A stretch of 64,000 bases of DNA from an uncultured virus (IMG/VR IMGVR_UViG_3300020463_003402) (Duplodnaviria > Heunggongvirae > Uroviricota > Caudoviricetes), in IMG/VR virus record IMGVR_UViG_3300020463_003402; one strand, given 5' to 3'. The notes beneath the pieces are model-generated. The model ran no database searches, had not been told where the DNA came from, and saw nothing but the letters and a program-made list of their open reading frames with translations. A program made the position numbers and the translations under genes. The first letter of the stretch is position 1. Each line of letters begins with the position of its first letter. Shown here one piece after another: positions 57,245-64,000 of the stretch.

Positions 57245-58685
57245 CGAAATCTGGTTCGATATGAATGATGTGTATGACAGAAGAGATTCACTGTCATTGC
57301 GCCCCTATCAAATCGAGCACTTAGGTTTTTCACTGGCGAACTCTCGTTCTATGGACTTATCCGAGGCCGGTACCGGTAAAACTCCGGCCGGTTGCCTCTG
57401 GGTTTACCATCACTCTAAAGATGGCCGCGTTATTTGGACGATGCCTAAATCTCTGCTCGTAAAGAACTACCATGAATTATTGTTGTGGTCAGACTTAGAG
57501 CCTCACCAAATTATGGTGATAGATGGTACGCCAGCTCAACGCGCTAAGCAGTTCGCGAACAAAGAAACCAAAGTATTTATGATGGGGTTCGATGCCTTTG
57601 CCAACAATCACAAAGAAATTGTTGAACGATACCCTGACACCTATCACCTCTGTGGTGATGAGTGGCATTTGGGTTTCAGCACTCACGGCGAACCGCATTA
57701 CAGAAAACCCAACACGTTCATTGGTCCCAAGCGCACCCACAAAATGTACCAGTACATGAAGCGCGGAGGTGACTTGTTGATCATGACGGGAACCTTTATC
57801 AATGGCCGGTTGTGTTCCGCGTATCCAGGCTTGAAGTTAATTAATCCCCTGTACTACCCAACGTACAACAACTTCATGATGTGGCACGCCATGTTAGATG
57901 AGTATGGGAAGCCCTTCATGTGGAAGAACCATGACCGACTTCAAGCGCTTATTGATAAGCACAGTCGTCGGGTTACATATGAACAAGCTTACGGCAAGGA
58001 AAAGAAAATTATCGTTGCCGAAATGTGCACCATGTCAAAGTCTCAGGCCAAAGCGTTTAACGATATTAAGCAAAAAGGTATCACTGAACTAGAAGATGAT
58101 TTCTTAGAAGCTGAAAACGAAGCGGTAACGCTACAGCGCTGCTTTAAGATCATGCAATGCCCAGAAGAGTATGGTTTAAAGCATAACGACTCTGATGGTA
58201 AAGACGCACACCTTATGCAGCACCTTGAGACGCACAAGTTTAACGAAGAACCTTTGATTATCTTCGAAACTGTTGTTGCGGCCCATGCACGCTATAAGAA
58301 GATATGCGAAAAAATGGGTCTACGTGCTGAGTATATAAACGGCAGCATAACCAGCCGACGCGGAGAAATAGACCACAAGTTTCGCCAAGGTGAAATTGAT
58401 GTGTTGATTTGTAGCCCTGAAGTAGCTGGTGTGGGTTTTAACTGGGGTCATGTAGACCACATGATATTTACCTCTTTCGACTGGCAAGACACGACATTCA
58501 TCCAGAACTATCGAAGAGCGCTTCGGGGTGTTCGAGAGAAAGCCGTGAGAATTACCTTGCTTGTCTATCGTGGTGGCCTAGAGCTTCACGTAGCTAAGAA
58601 ACTGCTGAATAAATCGAATGACCGTACACAAGTTGAAGAAGGTGTGACGGTTGACCTTGTAACCCCAATAATGCAAGCCGCTTAA
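57207..58685 (+). CDS. SNF2-like superfamily 2 helicase
   Basis: AGTGKT, DEWH, MTGT, AGVGFNW, QNYRRALR. Confidence 0.85.
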   Translation: MTSIQKIPKQPANEIWFDMNDVYDRRDSLSLRPYQIEHLGFSLANSRSMDLSEAGTGKTPAGCLWVYHHSKDGRVIWTMPKSLLVKNYHELLLWSDLEPHQIMVIDGTPAQRAKQFANKETKVFMMGFDAFANNHKEIVERYPDTYHLCGDEWHLGFSTHGEPHYRKPNTFIGPKRTHKMYQYMKRGGDLLIMTGTFINGRLCSAYPGLKLINPLYYPTYNNFMMWHAMLDEYGKPFMWKNHDRLQALIDKHSRRVTYEQAYGKEKKIIVAEMCTMSKSQAKAFNDIKQKGITELEDDFLEAENEAVTLQRCFKIMQCPEEYGLKHNDSDGKDAHLMQHLETHKFNEEPLIIFETVVAAHARYKKICEKMGLRAEYINGSITSRRGEIDHKFRQGEIDVLICSPEVAGVGFNWGHVDHMIFTSFDWQDTTFIQNYRRALRGVREKAVRITLLVYRGGLELHVAKKLLNKSNDRTQVEEGVTVDLVTPIMQAA

Positions 58686-58775
58686 GGACCATTATGAAAA
58701 TGACAAAAGTTGCACTCGCTGTACAACTCGCGCTGTATACAGACGAATTCCATCAAACCGTTATGGAGAATAGAA

Positions 58776-59045
58776 ATGCTGAAGTTTAAGCCGACTGAGG
58801 TTATGTTACTTCCCACGCTTCTGAAGTCCCAGTTAGATTTTTTATCTAAGTCGATGAAAAACCCTACGGACAAAGCAGAGCATCTAATGGAGTATGGGAT
58901 ACTAAAAATGCAAAACACGCTTCAAACTCTTGAAGGTGAGGAATTAGCAACGTTCCTTGCAGAAGCAAAGAATAATTTAGCGACAATAAGAATGGTCTTA
59001 GACGACGCTGAAAAAGAATTAGCAACATTAGTTGACGAAGGTTAA
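58776..59045 (+). CDS. Hypothetical protein
   Basis: GGAG SD before ATG 58776. Confidence 0.55.
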   Translation: MLKFKPTEVMLLPTLLKSQLDFLSKSMKNPTDKAEHLMEYGILKMQNTLQTLEGEELATFLAEAKNNLATIRMVLDDAEKELATLVDEG

Positions 59046-59178
59046 TTAATAAGCTAAGGTTACCATCTATACCGCATTAAACTGCGCTATAGCTGGACTT
59101 CGGAGAAAAGCGAAGGGCGAAAGCCGCACAAACAGTAATTAATCAAAATGTAATTAATCTACAATCAGGAAATTGACG

Positions 59179-60270
59179 ATGAACAATATCGAACAAATGA
59201 TCGCCGCTGCTCAAAATAACGCAGCTCAAGCCGCTACTGCTCAGCAAGAAACTCAAGTTACCCAGCAAGCCGTAGGTCAAGACTACCAGCAAGCTAACAC
59301 CGCTCAAGCCGATACTACGCAGCAGCAAGCTACACAGGCTCAAGCTAACCCTCAGGTTGTTAACCAGACTGAGACTTATACTCAGACTGCGGGAGCCACA
59401 CCACAACAAACCATGAACCAAGCTAACCCCCAAGTTGTTAACCAGCAAGCTAATACCACGCCGGTTAATACGCAGCAAACAAGTGCTATTCCACAGCACT
59501 TACAACAACAGTTACAAGCACAGCAAGCAGCGCAAGCCCAGCAAGCCCAGCAAGCCCAGCAAACGGCTCAGGCTCAGCAAACGCCTATGGCTGTGAACCC
59601 AGTTGGAAACACCGGCATGGACCTACCAGCGAACTTACCGCCAGAGTTGGCTAAGTTTATTGGTCAGCGCGAAATGTCGATGGATACCATGTCTAACTCT
59701 GACCTGTTGGTTCAAGATTGGCTGAAGCCAAGCTACCACGGTATGGTTTTAGGTAGTGCTCCGTCAACACTTCTTAACCCCTTCCAGGTTGAGATTGATA
59801 TGACTGAGAACGTGGGCTATATGTTGTGCCAAATGGTTCGCTGGACCGTAGCAGGGGCTACAGGTGACCAAACCAACTACGTTCACACATACGATGGTTT
59901 GATTGGCTCAGATGGCCAACCTTGGGCGAATGCGGTAATGACAGCCTACGGCACCACCACAGACCCGAAAAAGCCTAACGTACCGTTCCCCAGCGTTCAG
60001 TTACCAATGCGCTTAATCAACGACATTGCTAACCAACAAGGCGAGGTAATTGCTCAAGCAGGTATTATGATTGGTCATACTACGGCTAAGACGGGATGGC
60101 AGAACTGGCAGAACTTCCACAATGCGTGTAAGCAAGCTGGTTTATTAGGTCAGAAAGTGATTGTTGAAGTGTCTAACCAACCGGTTGCTCCTAAAGGTAT
60201 CACTTACAAGTGGGGTACCTTGGAATTCAAACTGATTGGTCCGGCACAAGGCCAAATCGCAGCACAATAA
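59179..60270 (+). CDS. Probable ssDNA-binding/recombination protein with a Gln/Ala-rich N-terminus
   Basis: Lies between helicase and exonuclease; low-complexity Q/A N-terminus; beta-rich C-terminus; own terminator. Confidence 0.45.
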   Translation: MNNIEQMIAAAQNNAAQAATAQQETQVTQQAVGQDYQQANTAQADTTQQQATQAQANPQVVNQTETYTQTAGATPQQTMNQANPQVVNQQANTTPVNTQQTSAIPQHLQQQLQAQQAAQAQQAQQAQQTAQAQQTPMAVNPVGNTGMDLPANLPPELAKFIGQREMSMDTMSNSDLLVQDWLKPSYHGMVLGSAPSTLLNPFQVEIDMTENVGYMLCQMVRWTVAGATGDQTNYVHTYDGLIGSDGQPWANAVMTAYGTTTDPKKPNVPFPSVQLPMRLINDIANQQGEVIAQAGIMIGHTTAKTGWQNWQNFHNACKQAGLLGQKVIVEVSNQPVAPKGITYKWGTLEFKLIGPAQGQIAAQ

Positions 60271-60285
60271 CCTTTTAATTAACTT

Positions 60286-60313
60286 AAAAAGGGTCGGCTA
60301 GTCCGGCCCTTTT
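60286..60313 (+). terminator. Intrinsic terminator
   Basis: AAAAAGGGTCGG-ctagt-CCGGCCCTTTT. Confidence 0.7.
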
Positions 60314-60332
60314 ACTCTCGGAAATTGACGAT

Positions 60333-61136
60333 ATGACAAAGCTAAAACTACACATTTGTGATGGTAATAACCTTCTTCGCCGCAAGTTTGAAAGCGATGG
60401 TCCTAGCTGGGCTATTCACGCCTATGTTCAGGCCTGTGCAAATAACTCACCTTATGGCTCATTAATATGGGTTTGGGATGGTGCGAACGCTAAGAAGCCT
60501 CGCCAAGATATCCACCCAGCCTATAAAGCCAGCTCCGATTCTACCGACGAATTTTACCTCTTCATGGATAAGTTTCGTGAATTACTTACACATTCAGGCT
60601 GCATTCAAATTCGATGTGAAGGCCGAGAAGCGGATGATGTTATTGCCGAGCTGGTAAATACCAAATCCCCTGAAACTGAAATCTTTATTGATAGTAACGA
60701 CCAAGACTATCGCCAGCTACTCAGCGACACGGTAACCATGGACTACGTTAGTGAGAAGCTTAAAGAATTCAAGCCTGATGATATGCGCCTTTACAAAACC
60801 CTGGTAGGTGATAAATCAGACGCCATTACCGGCCTTTCACGTTTTGGTCACGGCACGTATCAAAAGCTAAGTGACTTTGCCAAGTGCTTTTTAGAAGATG
60901 CTCTGCAGAGTGACGACCCTATCACAGCGGATCAAGTTGAAGCTGAAGCGGGTTTCACTAAAGCGATGGCTACTCGATTTGTTGAGAGTCGTGATGAGCT
61001 GAAGAAGTTCTGGAAGATCATCGGTTTCTTCCACGTACCACAAAGCGAAATTCACGCTGGTACGATTATCGGTAAGCAAGACACCGTAGCGGCCAAAGCT
61101 GTCTTCGACGCTTTAGCAATTCCTATCAACTTATAG
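60333..61136 (+). CDS. 5'-3' exonuclease / flap endonuclease (PolI N-terminal-like)
   Basis: DGNN, WDG, YKA, EADDVI, SNDQD, LVGDKSDAITG. Confidence 0.9.
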   Translation: MTKLKLHICDGNNLLRRKFESDGPSWAIHAYVQACANNSPYGSLIWVWDGANAKKPRQDIHPAYKASSDSTDEFYLFMDKFRELLTHSGCIQIRCEGREADDVIAELVNTKSPETEIFIDSNDQDYRQLLSDTVTMDYVSEKLKEFKPDDMRLYKTLVGDKSDAITGLSRFGHGTYQKLSDFAKCFLEDALQSDDPITADQVEAEAGFTKAMATRFVESRDELKKFWKIIGFFHVPQSEIHAGTIIGKQDTVAAKAVFDALAIPINL

Positions 61137-61167
61137 TGGTTGGGGCTTCGGCCCCTCGAGAACGATT

Positions 61168-61794
61168 ATGAGTAGCACAAATAAAAAGGTCGCTGAGTTC
61201 GAAGACTACCCTACCCCGCGAGAACTTGTCGAAGCCTTATTCAAGTATATTGACTGGGATGCACTTAGGCACTTTGCGTCCTACGACAACCGGCCAGCTA
61301 GGTTCCTAGAGCCGTGTCGTGGTCTGAAAAGAAATATCTACGACTTGGTACCACAGGACTTTGAAAAGTATTACTGCGAGATTCAGGAAGGTTTGAACTA
61401 CCTAGAGACAGACCTCAGCCCATTACACTTCGATATTATCGTAACTAATCCCCCATTCTCGCTTTTCGAAGAGTTTGTCACCAAAGCACGCAGTGAGGCC
61501 GCGGACCACGGGTTTGTATGCTTCTTAATGCGTATTAACGCTTTAGGGACAAAGAAGCGTGAGAAGTTCTGGGCTGATAATCCGCCCGATAAAATTATTG
61601 TCGCGGTACCTCGCCCTGACTTTAGTGGTGGGGGTGGTGATAGCTGCGAGTATGCGTGGTTCTGCTGGGACCCTACGGGGATCTTATTAGTAGACTCGAA
61701 CGTTGGGCGCCTTAACTGGGATAAGCCTAAAAAGCGTCGCAGCAAGAAGATAGACAACCGGAAATTGACTGATGAAAAAGAAAGCCAAGCGTAA
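61168..61794 (+). CDS. DNA N6-adenine methyltransferase
   Basis: DYPTP, FLEPCRG, IVTNPPFS, EYAWFCWD. Confidence 0.85.
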   Translation: MSSTNKKVAEFEDYPTPRELVEALFKYIDWDALRHFASYDNRPARFLEPCRGLKRNIYDLVPQDFEKYYCEIQEGLNYLETDLSPLHFDIIVTNPPFSLFEEFVTKARSEAADHGFVCFLMRINALGTKKREKFWADNPPDKIIVAVPRPDFSGGGGDSCEYAWFCWDPTGILLVDSNVGRLNWDKPKKRRSKKIDNRKLTDEKESQA

Positions 61795-62290
61795 TAAGAA
61801 ATACAACCCTAGAAAGTACCTAGACCTTGTGGTTCGCGACAAAGTGAAGAACTTTGCTATCGCGATGGTGTTGGGTGAAACGAAGTATTGCACGCTTATT
61901 GACTATAAGACGGGCGAGGAACTTAACGTAACGGTGGATGTGGCCGAGAGCGTTGAGAAGGGTTGCTTCAATTGGTACTACGAATGTTCTGTGGTTTGTC
62001 GTGACCAGACAGGCAAAGAGTACGTCGTAAGTGAACCGCATTATTTTCAATCGCGATACCGCCAGTCCGATGAACGTTTAAATAAATACCTTAACGATGT
62101 TCATGTAGCCTTCAAAGAAAAACAAAATCCACTCCATATTATCACGATGGCCTGGGTCGCTATTCCCGTTATGGACGAAACGGAAAACCTCGACCTCGAG
62201 ACCCTTGGCAAAATTTACGAAAACCTTGGTGCGTTCGATTATCTCTCAAAGTGGGAGAGCGACCAGCTTGAGAGGGAGAAAGTGGCGTGA
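61772..62290 (+). CDS. Hypothetical protein
   Basis: Variant motif GGAAATTGACTG-ATG. Confidence 0.65.
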   Translation: MKKKAKRNKKYNPRKYLDLVVRDKVKNFAIAMVLGETKYCTLIDYKTGEELNVTVDVAESVEKGCFNWYYECSVVCRDQTGKEYVVSEPHYFQSRYRQSDERLNKYLNDVHVAFKEKQNPLHIITMAWVAIPVMDETENLDLETLGKIYENLGAFDYLSKWESDQLEREKVA

Positions 62291-62934
62291 GCAAATACAA
62301 ATTTAACAATGGTTTCATTTATTGCAACGGTTTTAGGATGCCAATGACTAGAGTTGTAGAAGCTTTGAACGAAATGGACGGGGAGCTAAGCAAGGACGAA
62401 GAGGGTTATAAAAACTTATTTGAGGCATTTGAGGATTGTCAAAAGGTTTTAGGGGATGCGAATAAGCGTTTGGAAAATCTCTCTCGAGTAAACAAAGAAT
62501 ACAAAGAGGTTCTAACCCCTATCTGGGATTACTGTCGGAAGAACGTAAAGGTTGAGCTAGGGAAAAGTATTACTGAGGCCTTAATTGAATCACATAAGGA
62601 GTTAGTGACTAAAGTTTGGAGCCTAGAACCTCGATGTAAATTGCTTGAGGAAGATGCCGAGGATACCGCTAAGTATGTAGAAATTCAGCGGGGAGAACTA
62701 GCAAAGGCTAATGAACGTGTTGCGGGTTTGGAGAAAGAGATTTCCAGTAAAGAGCTATTGCATGTTGGCTTTACTAACGGAGACCAAGTTAAATACGCAA
62801 AAGTAGAGGAAGGTGCTTTTTACCCTGACACAGAAGGTGATTGCTACATACCTCTTTACATGCTTAAAAGTCACGAGCATAGAATTGAGACAACAAGCTT
62901 CGAACAACTACGCAAGGAGCAAGAAAATGGGTAA
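62287..62934 (+). CDS. Coiled-coil phage protein
   Basis: GTGA coupling; heptad pattern. Confidence 0.65.
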   Translation: MSKYKFNNGFIYCNGFRMPMTRVVEALNEMDGELSKDEEGYKNLFEAFEDCQKVLGDANKRLENLSRVNKEYKEVLTPIWDYCRKNVKVELGKSITEALIESHKELVTKVWSLEPRCKLLEEDAEDTAKYVEIQRGELAKANERVAGLEKEISSKELLHVGFTNGDQVKYAKVEEGAFYPDTEGDCYIPLYMLKSHEHRIETTSFEQLRKEQENG

Positions 62935-63361
62935 CGGTGTGACAGTAAGCAACACGGCATCAGTGATCCAGCAACAAATTATCGACTCGCTAACAGAAAA
63001 ACTAAAAAAGTCTAATGAGCGCGTGAGGGAACTTGAAGAGCGCTGTTCTTCGCATGAAAAAGATATGCTTCGCCAATGTGTATTTATGGAAAAGACAGCC
63101 GAAAAGATAGAAAGACACAGAGAGTGGCAAGCAACGGCAAATGTATTGCGCAGACCAACACGCGAAGCTAAGCAAGCACTAAACAAATTCGCCCTAGAGC
63201 GGAAGATTGAGGCGCTTGATGATTTGCTTGAAGAAATACAATGCAGTGTTGTAGTACCAAAGCGCTATGAACAGCTTCAGGAGCCTTATTTAGAAGGGAT
63301 AAAGCACTGTATTCAGTTTATTGAGTGCCAGTTAGAACAACTACGCAAGGGGCAACAGTGA
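62927..63361 (+). CDS. Coiled-coil phage protein, partly related to the preceding gene
   Basis: AGGAG SD; shares NERV..LE and EQLRK segments. Confidence 0.65.
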   Translation: MGNGVTVSNTASVIQQQIIDSLTEKLKKSNERVRELEERCSSHEKDMLRQCVFMEKTAEKIERHREWQATANVLRRPTREAKQALNKFALERKIEALDDLLEEIQCSVVVPKRYEQLQEPYLEGIKHCIQFIECQLEQLRKGQQ

Positions 63362-63558
63362 TGGATGATTTTTACAAAGACTTAGCGGAATTGCTAAAGA
63401 AACACAAAGTCGCAATAGTTTCAAAGCCTAATGATTTCAATGACTCTATTATAGGTTTTCAGTCTAATTACTGCGACAACTACTGGACCAACAGGCATCA
63501 TGTTACTGGCTACGACGTAGAGTGTGAAATAAAGAAACAAGACCATGAAAAAACTTAA
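63361..63558 (+). CDS. Hypothetical protein
   Basis: Coupled TGATG. Confidence 0.55.
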   Translation: MDDFYKDLAELLKKHKVAIVSKPNDFNDSIIGFQSNYCDNYWTNRHHVTGYDVECEIKKQDHEKT

Positions 63559-63751
63559 AGCTAAACAGCTAGGCCCGTGGTGTTCGTTCTGCGCTCCTAA
63601 GACGAACCGAGCGGTTTACCGAGAGAACGGCTTTGCCTATAAGTTCGCTTGTTCAGAGCATAAGAGCGCTTTAGTTGAACATGAGCGCCAGCAAGCAGAA
63701 CGAGAGAAGCATCTTACCGAAGCCGATTATCAAACTTGGATGAGGGTATAG
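63545..63751 (+). CDS. Small zinc-binding protein
   Basis: WCSFC..ACSEH. Confidence 0.55.
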   Translation: MKKLKAKQLGPWCSFCAPKTNRAVYRENGFAYKFACSEHKSALVEHERQQAEREKHLTEADYQTWMRV

Positions 63752-63753
63752 CA

Positions 63754-63948
63754 ATGTCATTAAGTGACAAGAGGCGACAAGCCAGGATTAACGCTCTCAC
63801 TACGGCTGCGGCTTATTTAGATACTTTTGATTGGTCGAACTTTGATAAGGCCAATACCGACGAAGAGACTTTCGCTATCTTTCTAGAGGAATGTAACACC
63901 GTTTATAAACGACTGGAAAACCAAGCCGAAAAGTTACGAAAGAAATAA
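63754..63948 (+). CDS. Hypothetical protein
   Basis: GAGG SD. Confidence 0.55.
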   Translation: MSLSDKRRQARINALTTAAAYLDTFDWSNFDKANTDEETFAIFLEECNTVYKRLENQAEKLRKK

Positions 63949-64000
63949 AGGATACGAGAACTGTGAAAAATATAATTTTAGAATTGTTATCTATGGTGTT

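Noticed and set aside
58694..58789. 31-aa ORF MKMTKVALAVQLALYTDEF..
   Set aside because: Has an AAGGA SD but is too short and featureless to support.
1..64000. Integrase, DNA polymerase, reverse transcriptase/DGR
   Set aside because: No such motifs recognised in this window; lifestyle cannot be determined, and the genes may lie outside it.

Overview
About 64 kb of a tailed dsDNA phage genome (siphovirus-type). A marine gammaproteobacterial host is likely but only inferred. The minus strand (1-32.9 kb) carries terminase, head, neck, lambda-like tail, carbohydrate-active tail/fibre proteins and lysis genes. The plus strand (33-64 kb) carries a D5/P4-type primase-helicase, a cassette-like early region (RadC, C5 and N6 methyltransferases, DUF3560-like, many small acidic ORFs) and replication/repair genes (ligase, SNF2-like helicase, probable SSB, 5'-3' exonuclease). 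Main discovery: about 35 genes across all modules carry the motif (GGA[A/G])ATTGACGAT at their translation start. An unannotated ~80-nt transcription unit at ~15903-15981 (minus strand, with a sigma70 promoter and intrinsic terminator) is the antisense of that motif, and most target variation is what G:U wobble would tolerate. This suggests a genome-wide sRNA translational switch, with a candidate sponge RNA at ~36.2-36.4 kb. Other notable items: a secreted 50-aa peptide next to a membrane protein and an XRE regulator, 12 G6/C6 palindromes delimiting early cassettes, five co-oriented Chi octamers in ~420 bp, iteron-like repeats and a shared operator-like palindrome. No integrase, tRNA or CRISPR array was recognised. 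All motif counts are by eye, and start coordinates were corrected from the ORF track where an SD or the motif supported it.
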